Source: Blasia pusilla
Taxonomy: Eukaryota
DNA: 64,000 nt
Direction: 5' to 3'
NCBI GenBank assembly: GCA_050084515.1
Contig: CM114271.1
Span: 38,564,001 to 38,628,000 of the forward strand
Under the pieces are notes generated by a model. The model had not been told where the DNA came from. It made no database searches and saw nothing but the letters and a program-made list of their open reading frames with translations. The stretch's first letter is position 1, and each line of letters opens with the position of its first letter. Position numbers and translations under genes: made by a program. Of the stretch, positions 11,510 to 25,957 are shown piece after piece.

Positions 11510-14500
11510 GCGACAGATCACTACTTTTGCACTTGTGAGCGCCATGCCTACCGAGATGGTTCATGTAGTGGTTGGGGGCAAGGTCCAAGGGGATTGACAT
11601 ATCACGGGTAATCAGGAGAGACACCCTTCGACTTCTTGGGATGTCTTGCAGGTACGCCAAGAGATGGTAGCCACAACATCGAGCCTAGTATATGGTCCTG
11701 CACAACAAGGAGAGAAGAGTGCAAAGTTGGTTACAAGAGACCAATCAAGTTTTGTTGTTCGAGATGGGGTTACACCATAGCAACCGTAAATACCTACGGG
11801 AGAGAGTCCTGTAATGGTCATGATGGAGACTTAGGAGCCAAATATGGGCCTTGATTTGATAGGAGGAAATCGAAATTATATACATTAGTTCCTTAGGAAT
11901 CATAGAACTTTTTTTACGTTTAGTATGCATGATTTTGGTACGTTGAAGGGTCCAGGGATCCACATTGATTTGTCAAGCAACACGCGGATCTTTCGATGAC
12001 ACTACAAGTATAGTGATATGGAGAGAGCTTTGATTTAGAGTAGGAGCCATGACTTGGTTGGACCAAGATAAGTGGAGATTTTGCATGGAGAGTATGCATC
12101 TACCACTATCATGTCTGCCAAGAAGGATGTTCATGGCAATTGGACAGATAGGCACATGTGTGGAGACTACCGACTTATCAATCGGTAAACGAAGTCCAAT
12201 AGGTGTGTTATGCATACTCCAGAGGAGATCTTTGATACTATTGGGCATGCAAAGATCTTTATTTTGTTGGTTCTTCAAGCCAGATATCATTAGGTGCCTA
12301 TCAGATTTGAGGACATGCAGAAGAAGACATTTGGGATATTGATCCTCACATGAAGGATTGTTTGTACTGCTAGTGGTTTTTACCATTTGGGTTGAAGAAC
12401 GTCCTGGGAGAGCTTCAAAGGGTCATGGATAGGATCTTGGCACGTATGGATCTCGCGAGATATTACATCAATGACATCGTAGTCCTTAACGCCATGGTTG
12501 AGGAGCACGAGCGATATTTGGAGGAGGTGTTTTGACGATTGCAATAACAAGGGCTAAATCTAGGAAATTGCAAGTTCTTCTAAGATTACATTGAGTACTT
12601 GGGTCATATAATATACCCAGGTGGTCTCTATCTATCTCACACTCTACGCCCTACAAATGTGGGTCGAGTTTGTGCATTTATGGGATTGACAATATTCTAT
12701 CGATGGTACGTCAAGGGTTTCAGCTTGATTGCAAAGCCACTAACCTTGCTGACCAAGGTGGATCACAAGTGGCACTAGGAGGATGAACAGTGGATATCAT
12801 TTCATTTGCTTAAGGATAGGCTGACGTCCACACCCATACTGAGGAGACCTATAAGGGGGCGTTCTTTCCAATTGCATACAGATTGGAGTATGTTGGAGCT
12901 TGGAGCAGTGCTGACCTAGCATGACGATGAGGTTAGAGAGTTTGTGGTGGCTTATCCTAGTCACTCAAACAACATTACAAAGGCAAAGTATAGCTTGTAT
13001 GAGGGTGAGTACTTAGCTACAATGTAGACTGTCGCGCATTTCAGGTGTTACTTATCCGAAAACCCCTTTACCATCTTCACTAATCACCAACCACTTAAAT
13101 GGTTAATGAAGTTCGATAAGCTTAGATGGTAGCTTGCAAGGTGGGCTCTATTATTGTAAGAGTATGATTTTCAGGTGGTTCATTCACCTGGGACACCCAA
13201 CCAAGATGCGGATGGTTTGAGCCATAATCTATGCCCAAGTCAGTGAGATGCGACTTGAGCTCGTTGGCATTGAGAGAGTGATGAGGAGATGGTGTCTGGA
13301 TGGCACGCGTCAGCATATTTGGGCTTGTTTGCTACAGAGAGCTAGAGTGTTGAGACTTTGATGGCGAGGTTTGATGGAGAGCCCTTAGATCCAAAGGGTG
13401 GTGAGAAGGCGACAGGTGACCGAGATATCCATGAGGATGAAGTAGTCTTAGAATACTTGCATATTGGCAACGTCATGAGCATGGTAGATGCTAGAGAGCA
13501 CAATGGGATTTTACATCGAGCCAGACGATTTTGATGGGAGGGGACACATGTATTGCGAGTCAGCGAGGATGGTAGAGTACACGTAGTGCCTCATCCTTCA
13601 CACAGAGCAAGTTTGGTGCATCACGCCCACGAGGATTTTGGACACTTTGGAGTGAAGCATACGTACAACTTGCTCTAGATATGTATTTGTGGCAAGGCAT
13701 GTAGAGTGACGTTCAATAGTTTGTTTCCAAATACATGGTATGTGATTGGGTCATGGCATCGTTCAATGCTCCAACTCCACAATTATATCCAATGTTCATC
13801 ATGGGTTTAGCTTATAGATGGAGCTTGGATTTTGTATAACCTTTATCTTTGACAGAATGCCACAGTTATTATATGTCGGTGTTGGTCAAACACTTCTCAA
13901 AGTGGATAGAGTTGGTTGCATTGCTTGACAAAGTGAGTGAGGGAGTAGCGTTTTCCTTCTTCAATCGAGTGTTAAGTCATTATGGCGCATCAGCTGAGGT
14001 ATTGACAGACTACGATACGGAGTTTTGCATGGACTTTCAAGCCTTGTGTGATCAGGCACTAATTGATCATGGCACTACTTCACGAGATCATCCTAAGGCG
14101 GATGGACTAGTGGAGAGAATTTTGCATATGGTGAAGATAGGGTTACATAAGTATAGCTTGCAGAGAGGTCACTTAGGAGATTGGGACCTACAACTGCCGT
14201 GGTTGGCGATGGGATATAGATTCAACACGTAGGCATCCTTAACGTCGTTCTCACTGTATTTTTTGCTTTATGGCCGAGAGCCTGATTTACCTGTGGCCAT
14301 TTTTCATAATGCGAGTGAGGTGTTGAATCTTGATGATCTTAATGTATGGATGCGAGCAGTTCTTTGAGGGCTGAGTTATTTTGAAGAGTTATGCCCATGG
14401 CGTTTGAGAACTTGGAAATTGCGCAACATCGGGATAATTTGAGGTATGGGACTATCGAGGGAGGTGGTGATCGACTTACAATACGAAGGTTTCATCAAGG

Positions 14501-15167
14501 AGACTTTGTTTACTTGCAACAGACAACACCAACAACATTGGATATAATCGTAGGGCTCACCATCTTGAGAGTGCAAGATATTTTGCCATCTCGTATTCTC
14601 TTATTGGAGGGACGTAATGGTACGGTTTGGAAGGACCAAGTGCGTAACTGTGCGCCATGTCACCTTCATAACATTGAGGGTATAGTTGATCCGAGCTTAG
14701 CAATAGTTCCTACATACTTACGTTGTATGTTGTGTGGTTCTACCCGTGGTGCAGCCACAATATATGCTAGTCTGTGATGGTTGTTTGAGAGGGTGGCGCA
14801 TGGCATGTTCGACTTCACCTCTCACTAGGGTTACTCGGGGACGATGGATGTGCCCCATATATACATAGAAAAGATATTAGGTAATCATAGATCCATGGTT
14901 TTATATCTGATATGGAGGACAAGAATTTGACTAACAGTAGGGCCACATGAGCACTCGGCCTTTTTGCTCTTAGTGTCCTAGTGATAGGGATAGATGGTTA
15001 TCTGGAGTTAGAGGGACCTAACCACCAGCTAGGGGGACGATAGGAGATATTTTTGTACTCGATAGTCTCGATGTTTAGATCCATGGTTTAGCCTGGTATC
15101 TTGTGTATTTGTGTATATATTTGGTGATATTGTTGTATGTATTATAGCGATGTGTATGAGCACGACA
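11510..15167 (+). mobile_element. DNMT/PHD gypsy-like family, copy 2: 5'-truncated (starts just after the MTase), heavily decayed RT-RH-IN-PHD, ends at B
   Basis: Colinear with 27690-31349. Integrase fragments are ORFs 13849..14232 and 14391..14777. G-tract at ~15031-15039, B at 15040-15167 ending gagcacgaca. Confidence 0.9.
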
Positions 15168-18029
15168 CAGCTATCAAGTAAGAACCCCTCCTTGTGGCCA
15201 ATTTGAGCCCCACCTATAATCAAAGTTATCATATGTTATCAAAAACTTTACTCTCCAACTTGTTGATTCCTTGAAGATCCACATTAAGACATTGGTTCAC
15301 CTCTTTCCATGTTCTTAGAGATAGGCCCAAAATTTCCACTACTTTGCAAATATTTCCAATGTGTGCCACTCATCTCAACAATCCATTCTTGATATAAACC
15401 GATTGATTATCTTCTCTTCCCAATCCATACCTCTTTGATTGAATATGCTAATTCCAATATCAATGCCTTAAAATGTAATCTCTGAAGATTTAGACCACCT
15501 TCCACATTCTCTGCATTCATCTGAATAACAACTAAGTCAAACCCACCCTTAACATGAGAAAATATAGGTCTAGTACATCATAGGCAATACCTACCCTATC
15601 ATGTGTTTGGAAGGCTAAATTCTAGAAATATGAGAATATGCGACCCTCCCTTATTTTGGATATTTTATCTTTTTAACTGTTAAATTCCATCTCGTAAAAA
15701 AATTACAGAAATTATTTTTAATTTTTAAAAATATTTTAGATGATTATTTCATTTTATTTGTAAATTAGTGATTTTAAATTAGCCCTAAAATAGAAAACAA
15801 GATACACACGATATCCACGAAAATGATGGAGAAAACAATCTCAAATGTCACGGAGTGAATACGGTCACTGGCAAAGAGGTGACCGGTTACCACCTCACAC
15901 AGTTACCACTAGTGCTGGATCGATGATGGTCACAGTCAGTGGTACACAGGACAAACGGAGAGCTGTACAATGAACGCAAGCGGCAGCAGTCCGTCCGTCT
16001 AATCCAACCACACCAGCTTAGCAGTACTGACTTCCGGTAGCGTCGACAGTGGTCGACCGCCGGCCCCTGCCACCGTCCAGCGAAGTCGTAGGGACGGAGA
16101 GTTGTCGGGGGATGAAAGGTGCCCGGGCCGAGGGGGCGACGACCTTACTCACTCCCGAGTCCCGAGGCTTCTCCGTCGCTCGTGTACGGAGAGGAGAGCC
16201 TGTCTTCATCTTTTAGCGAGGGGTTTTTTCTCTTCTTTCCACAGGGCAGAAGGACGATTTTCTTCGCACGTCCGGGCAGATTCGATTGTGAGATTAGCGC
16301 ATCTTCCGGAAACCTAACTCCTCTTTAAGACAAAGCGACTGTCAATAAGAGCAGTAGATGCATGGCAGGTGGATCCACCAATTTTAAATAGGGATAAGAA
16401 AACTATGGCTAGTACAGCGTGTCAGCCTGTCAGGCACTCTCCCAGACTCATGCGTGAATGAAATGAAAAGGACCAAAACGCAATGATTAAAAGCATATTT
16501 TATTTGCTATATTATAATAGCTATTATATCATAAATCACGTCCCCACCTTAACCTTAACTGCGCTGTCTTACTAGTAGACTGGCGTACACCGCCATCTAC
16601 TCTCGCCGGCGAACGAACGAAAAAGTCCACCATAGCGGATGGATGTCAAACTTTCATAGCTTGTCGCCGGCTCAGACCCCTAATCTGCCGTTATCCTATC
16701 GCAGCGCTTAACGTTCCTCCTGAATCTGGCACTCTGCGTTGCGCTGTAAGATACTCAGACTGTGCCTACAACGCTTGGGGTACAAGAACATTCATGGGTG
16801 GACTTTACGATGACTTAATGCGTAAGCGCCAAGTAAAACGTATCAGGTTTGCTTCGACTTATGGTTAATTAATTGATTCAGTGTATATTTTAAGAGTGGA
16901 AATGTTGTCCAGGTCCGGGTATAATTAAAATATTCTTATTTGTTTCTTTTTATATTTACGAGACAAGTGAACCTCATTTGGATATGCTGCAACCATGAGA
17001 CAACAAAAACTCATGGTCAATTTTTCTGCAATTTACACAATATTTTAAACAAGTGTGGATTCCACGTGCTTTCAAGATGATGGAAACTACTCTAAAGTGG
17101 TGAATAATTTAATAAATCATAATTTTCAGGGCGTTAGTCATGGCTAAATTTTGGCACGTGTCAACTTTTATTTACTTATTTTTCTTGTACCCAGCCAAAT
17201 TTTAATAAAAAATGTTTCATTCATTTTACTATATTAAATATATTTTTTTAAAAATTTTAAAATCTTATGGAGAAATTTTGAATCATTATCATGTTCTAAT
17301 TTTCTGTCTAAATTTATCTTTTTTCGATATTTCACAAAATAAACCAATCTCCGTGCTGTGGAATGGAAGTAAGTGACATATACATCCATAAGAAACGTGG
17401 GTAGTTTTGGATGGACAAGAAAAAAAACGACGAGAATTTATAGAGGCCGTAAAAATTAATTTCAAGTAAATTTTGGAAGAGAAATTGAATACTATGAAAT
17501 AAAAGATAAAAGATAATTATATAATAGTAAAAAATTATATACTAAAAAAAATGAAAAGAATTTTACTTTTCTAAAATTCGCAAGCTTTCATTATGAAGGA
17601 TTTCTGAAAAACTATTTTGGATCCAAATGAATCACTTTCTTTTATTAATTGAGAGATTGGGGTTGAAAAATAAGAATAAATTTTTACTTTTTAATTAAAA
17701 ATATTTTATATTAATTTTAAATTAAAAATTACAATTATTCATAGATTTAAGCAAAAACTTATCTTTAATATTTACTCATCAACTCTATAATTTCAAATTT
17801 TCAACGTGTGTAATGTAACACTTCATAATATTCTCCATATGTGAAGTATTTTCATTTCCATTCATCCAGTTGAGTGTATCGCACGGGAAATGATATAGAA
17901 CAAAATTAGACATATGAAAATTATTTTGAAGGCATTGACAAATTGAAAGTCGTGGAAACTAACCTGTCTCTAATTGAGGAAATGTTTCCTAATAAACCCA
18001 ACCCTAAAACTACGATTACGATTGGAAAC

Positions 18030-18320
18030 ATGGTTGCATGTGGACAAAATTCATGTGTGTGGACTTACGTCCGTCCATCGTCCTACAGAAAGATTTTTCC
18101 ATGTGGGCCTCACCTTCCCTTCCTTTCTCATTCCCCCCACTTGCCTTTGTGTTCCACATTCTCTCGTTTCTTCCTCCCTCCACCTCTACTCCCTCCCTCC
18201 TTATTTCTCCATTCTCGCCCTTGCCTTGCCTTCCATCATGAACTATAAGTGTGGATCCCCACCTCTTGCAATCCATGCCCGTCCTAAGGACAAACTTATC
18301 TGTTTTTGTGCAAGCATGAT
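18030..18320. repeat. Dispersed repeat, same family as 3410-3620 and 53860-54370
   Basis: Shares ccatcatgaactataagtgtgg...ctcttgc.atcc.tg with 54070-54115, plus the pyrimidine arm. Confidence 0.75.
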
Positions 18321-18854
18321 TGGGAATTATGCTTAGAGTGACTCAACATCATAAGAACTGGTAAGACCACCCGTGTCATGCTCAAGCAATGTCAGACATA
18401 ACATGATCTTAGAATCATAATCATGTAGAGGTGCGCGCGCAAATTTAGGTGGGGGTGGGGGGAGACGAGAGACGAGAGGGATACATAAAGTGGAGTTGTC
18501 TCAAGCTTTCATGCCTTCTTTATTTACTTGCGGTGCTCTCATCCACGCTAGGATTATTTGGAATGATCTAGCGATGTTGATTTGTGGACGAAAGAAAGGC
18601 TCAAGCTCAAAGATACTGAAATAGTTGTCATGTGTATATCCTTTGGCATGAGTTTTGTGCTCAAAATGAACCTTTGCGTATCTACAACCTTTTAGTTGAC
18701 TCATGAGAAGCACCCAACTGCCTTCATATCTCGGCGTGAGTGAGTTTCAGTTATTGGGGTTGGTTTGTGGAAGAAGGATCATGCAAGAGCTAGTTGTGCA
18801 TTGTTATCGAGAGTTCTCTCATCGTTTTGACATGATGTCAAGCCACTGTTTACA

Positions 18855-20143
18855 AATAGTGAATGAAGTGTTAGGTTGCAGTCTTAGTAAGCTTATTTTG
18901 ATAGTTTAGATTGGTTCTGCAGGACTGGTCTAGACTTATTGAAGTGGAGAAGCTAATAAATCTAAGTGTTGGAGGCGACAACCTAGGACTTGAGCCAAAA
19001 AGAGGAATTGCGGATTAGCTATCAAAAAACGATTCAACGTTAAGGGGTTGGCTTCCCAGAACTTGACCTTAAAAAGGTTTGCGTTGATGAGGACATCAAC
19101 CTTCTAAGGGGGTGAGTGTCGCGGCCCTCTTAACAAGACAAACACCAAAGAGGCACCAAGCGGAACATCAGAACTCAAGTGGACTCACACTTTGATGATC
19201 ACGCTTTGGAAAGGCTTTTAGAAGGTCTCTTGGAAAAGTCCAAGAGACAAAACGCAGAATAGAGTTGTCTGTTTCATGCATTAGTGGTTGCGACTAGGAA
19301 ACCTAGACCAAACGCGAGCCAAGACTTGAGATGAGTTGAGTCTTGGAAGGTTGGTTGCCAAAGAGGTGAGAACTAGTTTTGGAACACAACTAGCGTTTGG
19401 GGAATTCAATTGTGTTTTGGACCATAACGTTTAGCCCCAAAATGATTTTGGTACAAGTAGGGATGCGTTGGAAAGCTTATCTTGAGAAACCTCCAATGCA
19501 TCAAAGATGTTAGCAAACGCACAAGTACAAATTGAGATATTGGCCAAAAACAATTGTGAGAGCAATTGGGTTGAGGGCCAATTGGAGAGGCCCGGGTATC
19601 TTTCCCTAAAATTAGGGAACCTCGGAGATCCCCGTTAATACTAGTAGGGGACGAGTCTCTCCAAGAAGTCTTGGAACACGAATCTCCACTTTGAGCACCA
19701 AACGGCATCTTAAAGGCACGAGATGGAACGGGAGTTTGGCGTTGGAACTCGAAGCCCAAACCTGATCCAAGGGAGTGGACTTTGTACATCACACTTGGAT
19801 TCTAGCCCCAGATTCACTTTGTGCGAGTCTTGGTTAGGGACTCATTGGATTTCCATCGGAGAGTTGGAACCTCCATGCGCGAAAGGCCTTTTGAGGTTCC
19901 TGAACCAACCAGAAAGTCTGTCCCAAGTCTTCTAAGACATGCCTGTGTTGTAAACCACGAAACTAGGAAGGTTGAGCTTGAGGAGAGACCGAGACGAGAA
20001 CTAGGAAAGTTAGCCCATTGATTGATCCAAGACTTGACTAACCAGATCATGTGTTTGGCTGCAGATCAAACTTGAGAGCGTGACCCATTGAACGCACGCT
20101 TCCGCAACAACAAAGATTAACGTTCAAGGAGAGTAGGCGTGAG
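18855..20143 (+). mobile_element. Chromovirus 3' fragment: 3' UTR, PPT (~19105-19116) and LTR (19117-~20143)
   Basis: Homologous to the reverse complement of 42329-43600. PPT ctaagggggtgag is followed by tgtcgcggccctc, and the LTR ends ...cgttcaaggagagtaggcgtga. Confidence 0.8.
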
Positions 20144-23100
20144 TGAGTTTGACTTATTGGGGTTGGCAAGATTGGTTTGTGGAAGAAGGATCCTGCAAGA
20201 GCTAGTTGTACATTGTTATCGAGTTCTCTCATCGTTTTGACGTGATGTCAAGCCACTGTTTTACAATTTTAGTGGTTTCAGTGCCATCACCGAAGAAAGA
20301 TCATGCTTTTCAATCATGAAAATATATATGCTCTCACTCTCTATAACCTTTCATGACTGACCTCCAATGGATCTGTGGCCGGATAATGGATTCCATCTTG
20401 GAGTTAAAAAATGTTCAAATCTTTCATCGTATGTTTGAAGCATATTCATTATTGACACTGCGGGAGTAATATGAGCTCTTCGTCTTCCATATCCGATGAA
20501 GGATAGCTCGTAAGGTGTAATGCATGATTCTCAATGGAGATTATGAGGTCCATTGTTAACTTGCTTGATAATACACAAATCAAGATTCCAAACTAGTTGC
20601 AAGCCTCTCTGACATGGAATCTAGATATCATTCAAATATATAGCTCATAATCCTCTCAGAACTCTCGGCACTAAACTCTTATGGATCCAATGCGCGTATT
20701 TGAGGATAGATAAGAAACAAAACACTTCAACTTATTGAGCTAATAATAAGACCCTCGGATTATTGAGCACAAAAAAATTGATACAACTAAGTTTGGCCAG
20801 GAGAAGTTTTAGTAAATCCTCAAGTGCCTATGGTGAAAAAAACCTCTATCAAATGAACACATGCAATACCCATGGTCCAACGCAAAACCTTGGTGCCAAA
20901 AAACACTAAAAGAAGAAGAATAAGGTTTAGAGCATGGGGGGAAAACTACATATGAAGTGTCCCTTTGGATACTTTGAAAATCGACATAATGTCCTTGATG
21001 CACCAAGTCCAATCGTTGTCGGTTGCTTGAGAATCTTCAAGAATTGTTTTCAATTACTTGAGAAGCTTATGCGACTCATCACCTCTTCTATTAGGAATGC
21101 ATACATGAAGATGTCAATCCCACGATGGTTTACTTGTTTCATCATTCTTCACGACCGGTATACTTGTTTTGTAGATCTGCTTGATGAAGTCATTGATCCA
21201 GATTGGATTAACAAGTTTCTCTGAGTTCAGTCTTATGATCATATCCCAAGCCATTACATGTGTTCGATGCCAACGAGTATCTTGGAATTCAAGGCACGAG
21301 AAAGTGCAATCTAGGTGCAATCAAACATGAAATTGATGCATAGTAGTTGTTGTAGTCACAAGTGCATTTGTTGCTTGTGTGGCAAGTACTTCAAAACTCT
21401 AAAAATTAGATTCATTGTTTCAAAAATGAATAATTGCATAACTAGTAAGGTTTTTCGAGTACTTCTCTGGGTCATCTGCCTCTAATTTCCTTTTTTCATA
21501 AGTTTTCATCATATAATTCCACAACCCACAACTAATGACAAGTGGAGGAACCTCTTTGATCGGCATAATTGCATAGTTGATGACCTTTAAAAGATTTTAA
21601 CTCACTTTACCATAGCATGGCAAAGACAATGCACACCTTGCAAACTTCATAGGTCCTATTTTTCATATATAAGAAGCTACATATGCTATTCATTGAATAC
21701 AATGTCTTTCCAATTCATTGATCCATATGTCATATGTCATGTCTTTTAGAATAAATTGGTGAGATCTAGTAGAGCGCCTTCGTGAGTAGTGGAGGATAGG
21801 CTTAATAGATTGAGGATGACGTGTTGAGGCCCCGAGAAACCTGAGAGAGCAGGTTTCCCCTTCGTTTCGGCTCATTTGGAACCATATTGAGGAACTTCTA
21901 TTTTAGGTAAGTACCATTTTGAATATATGATCAACTTTATATTTTTGGTAAGTGGCCCTTGACCTCTTACATCAGGTCAAGATCCAAGGAGGTGACTTCA
22001 GAGCATAGGCTACCATGGAGAGAGCTTGGGAGAGGGGAGGGATATACCTCAAGGAGAGAGAGCTGAAGAACTCATTCTCTCTTTGTTGAACCTCTTGGCA
22101 TGAGGCGACGGAGCTATGGTCTTGCTTGCCTTGTGTGTGTAACCCAAACCTCTCATTAGGAGAGTGGGTTTGGTTTGACATTGAGAGACACATGTGAGAA
22201 CTTTAGTGTTGTGAGAGAGATTTTATCGTATTTTACAAAGAGAGAATAAGTGAGTGAGGGAGCTTCATGGGGGAGCTCGTTGATCACTCTCTAGTTTTGC
22301 AGATTGGGGATCATATTCCCCATTCAGCGGTTCATGGGAGTGCTCACCGGAGCAAGAGCCGTTTACTTGTGATGTTTCCTATGACGATTTTTTGTGTGAA
22401 AGAGTGGCAGGCGGAAGCGCTGCCCAATTTTTGATAGGGATTGAGTATGGGGGCAGGTTGACCCATGCTGGTGCTCTTGGGAGCACCATGAAGCTTGCTG
22501 ATTTGTGTTCTCATATGTTTTATCGTTGGGAGAAATCAGTGCGGAAGCGCTGCCGAATTATGTGTAGGAGAAAGAGACATTTGGCTTTACGAAAGTCCTT
22601 GTCAGTTTTCACTGGAATGTTTGATTCCAAATATTTTTTTACATTCTTGTAGATTTTTAAGCTATGCAGGTTGTGCAACAAACGGTGTGCAATTTGGAGT
22701 TGCGAGCAAAAAGTTATAGTCAATCTTGCAAAATTGCCATTGCTAGGCGATTTTTAGGGTTAAATGGTTCAAACCCTAAACCAGCCGCCGCGTTGTCATA
22801 GTTGCCGTCAACGGTCACCGTCGATGGTCAACCATCAACCATCACCGTCAATGGTCTGCCATCACCATTAATGGTCCATGATCCACCATCGGCCGCTGCC
22901 CGCTGCTCAGAGTTGCGTTCGTCTGTTGTCCACTCGTTGGTTGCCATTGCCGTCACTAGGGAGTGGAGGGTCTTCCACGACCACCGTTGATTCTCTGACT
23001 TGCGCCGCCACCATGGACTTTGGTTTGGCCACCACCGTCATCACACTTTCGTCATCAACCAATGATGGGAGATAACCCCGGGTTATGGTGTTTGAGTTTT

Positions 23101-23933
23101 CATTTCATGCTGCTATATATGCTATATAGTCGCTTGACAATGATCGAGTACCGTGTCGTGACGCCCGTAGCCGCAACGTGCCGCCAATTGCCGCGTCAAA
23201 CTGCATGTGGTTGCACCGCACCGTCTCGACCGCGGAGCCGCTCCTTCACTAAGGTGCAGAGCATGTGAATTTCTGATTGAGGAGGGTATGCCGTCGAGTG
23301 TCGTGTCGTTTGTAGCCGTTCCGTGCCGCACCGGACTGTTGGACCTGCACCGCACATCGAGGAGATTTGAGCAGCGTCAGTACAAGAGGAGTAGGACTTG
23401 CTAATTGGAGGAGTTGTCTTCAAGACCGAGTTGGGGTCGAGATTTGTAGTTGCCGAGGAGCAATATCGACATTATTATCAAGTTACCTATTATGGTCTCT
23501 CTTACCCTACACGTGTGAGGGATTTTCGGATATTGGGAAGTTATTTGGGATATTGGGTTTTGTGTTGATGCTAGTAGCATCGATGATGTATGGGTTTAGG
23601 GGACATAGATCTGTGTGGGATGTCTAGAGTTGAGGATGGTTTGTCGATGAGACAATAGATCGGTTGATTTGCCGCACCACGCTCCTTGTTGCCGCACAAC
23701 ACACGTCTCAGTGAGAGAGTGTAGATTGAGTGCCGCATGTTTAGTTTAAGTGATTGAGGGATTACTCACGAAATTGAGAGTGATCGTGTGAGAGGGGCAC
23801 GAGGGCCATCACAGCGTCCTTTTGGGATTTTGAGAGGCGAGGTAGTGGACCTGAGAGTAGCTCTGGAGGGTTTACCCGGAGTGGTGCGAGGTTTCGAGGA
23901 TCTCCACGTGAGAGACCACCTCGATCTCCTTTT

Positions 23934-25454
23934 GTGTCATCTTCAGACGAGGGGGAGCGTATAGAGGAGTGTGTTAATGATCCATTGTACACATTGAGTG
24001 ATCCTACCATTTGGGCGTACAAGATGGACGACCAAGGTAGAGGACCGCGTAGGTTTTTGGGTGTTGTAGGCACTATAGAGCTACACGACTGCATTGTGGA
24101 GTTTTGGAGTTGGTGTGACTCATAGCGGGCTAGGAACTCTAGAGAGTTCAACCCGTTTACAGCATGGAACGGTTTGTTCTAGCATTTAGAGGGGGCGCCC
24201 ATGGACGATTACCATGAGTTCTCCCACAGATATGCCCAGAAGATTGAGGCATGGTGACTCTACTATGACCCACACTATATGTCATGGACGAAGTCGTTCC
24301 CTGCTGAGGAGGAGGAGTCAAGAGAGGCTACTTTCTTTTCCACTAGTGATGTTTTAGGAGGGGTCACTCTCACTGGAGCAGTTGCACCATCTAGTCGGGT
24401 TCGTCCCACGTTCAACCCCGTGGTTGAGTTCTTCGCTGAGTTGAGGGCCCAAGGGGTACGGACGGAGAAGTTGCGGAGCATCCATGACTTCCAGAGACGT
24501 CCGGGTGAGAGTTTGGGTGAGGCTTACACTCGCTTGCGCCGGTTGATCAACGTCACTCAAGGGGTGACGGAGGCTCATGCTATCCACTCATGGTACGCGA
24601 TGTTGGACCGGACCCTGCGGACACAGGTGCGGGAGGGGGTGCTTCTTATGGACACCTCCCATACTTTGAGAGATGTTTTTAGGACCGCCAAGAATATTGA
24701 GCGCAACATGGCGGAGGAGAGCGTAGCCACCATGGGTTATGGGCAAGAGCAGTCACGATTTTCTGCACCACCTGTGCAGCAACGTGGACTCCGAGATATG
24801 TCGATTGTGGCACCACGAGCTCAGGGAGGATGGAAGGGCGTGCCTTAGAGACTCGCGTCTTCATATACGGCTCAGGTGCAGCCGACTACTATTACTTGTT
24901 GGTCATGTGGTGGAGCCCATCATCAACACGATTGCACTCGTCAAGATCATGGACGTGTGCCTCAACATGGAAGAGGAGATGGTGCTGCACCAGGAGGTTA
25001 TCAGTGTAACTATTGTCAGAGGTATGGTCATACACGCGCTAGGTATTTCAATTTACATCCTGATTTACGTCCGGACCAAGGGCCAGAGAGGGCACCAGAG
25101 CGAGAAGTGGATCCGGATGGGGCTAGAGGTCGTGCACCAAGTGGTCCCGTTGGGGGACGAGGAGCTAGAGTTTCCCGACAGGATGGTGGAGCTGCCCATG
25201 GAGGAGGTAGAGTCCCACCACCTAGATACGTCGAGGGAGATGTTGGGCGTGAGGCTAGGATGGCTGCTAAGATACAACAGCTACAGGAGCAGATTGCCGC
25301 TATGGCATTGAGGTTACCCGATGTCGGATCCGTGGCATTGACATCATATGGAGCAGACAGAGACATGGAGGATCCTTGTTGGATGTGCGGGATTGCCCAA
25401 ATGGAGGCTGCCGCAATTGTGACACATGGAGCAGCTGTAGAGTGGGATCCATAA
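23934..25454 (+). pseudogene. Gag of copy 3 with two Zn knuckles
   Basis: MHR-like FQRRPGESLGEAYTRLRRL (ORF 24279..24848). Knuckles CWSCGGAHHQHDC and CNYCQRYGHTRARY (ORF 24876..25454). Internal stops are present. Confidence 0.85.
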
Positions 25455-25957
25455 TGAGGGAAAGCCAGGAAACATACTAGGCTTCCTCAGTCTTTCACGT
25501 TGTCTGAGGTGGTGAGGACCCCATCGATGGGTCCTGATCAGAGTTGGTGATGTTGTTGGTGTGCAGGCATGGAGGGCGATGGAAGAAGCAAGTGCGACGA
25601 CTCCTATTGCTGATGCTCAAGAGGGGCATGTGTTGAGCACGTTGTTGGGGGCGGCCATCGTTGTATACCGCGCTCTTTTATTTTCTGCTTCCGATGTTAT
25701 GACGTTGGGAGGTACGCCCGCCAAGGTTTTTTGGCTGGCCGCTACGCTATGTGAGCGTGGAGTTGGAGTTCTTGCATCACGTTTGGAGGTGATTGTAGAG
25801 GAGGTGATGGATCTGCCCTTGGAGCGGATGCTCGGGCCGTCCACGTCAGATTCATGGCAGATTTAGGATGGCAGACATGCCTGCTAGACCCGCGATAGAG
25901 CGTGCCATGGTTTCTCCTGGTGTTGTGTTGCTAGATAACCAGGGAGAGGTCTTCTAG

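Noticed and set aside
15200-15620. LINE fragment (minus-strand EGGLNL resembles GGLG)
   Set aside because: A single short motif is insufficient support.
16025-16100. tRNA-like or SINE sequence
   Set aside because: There is a hairpin, but no cloverleaf or B-box (GTTCRA).
20280-21700. Possible degenerate retroelement coding remnant
   Set aside because: Short ORFs without recognisable catalytic motifs.
22755-22782. Interstitial telomere array
   Set aside because: Only one or two units (ttagggtt, aaaccctaaac), so treated as a telo-box-like motif.
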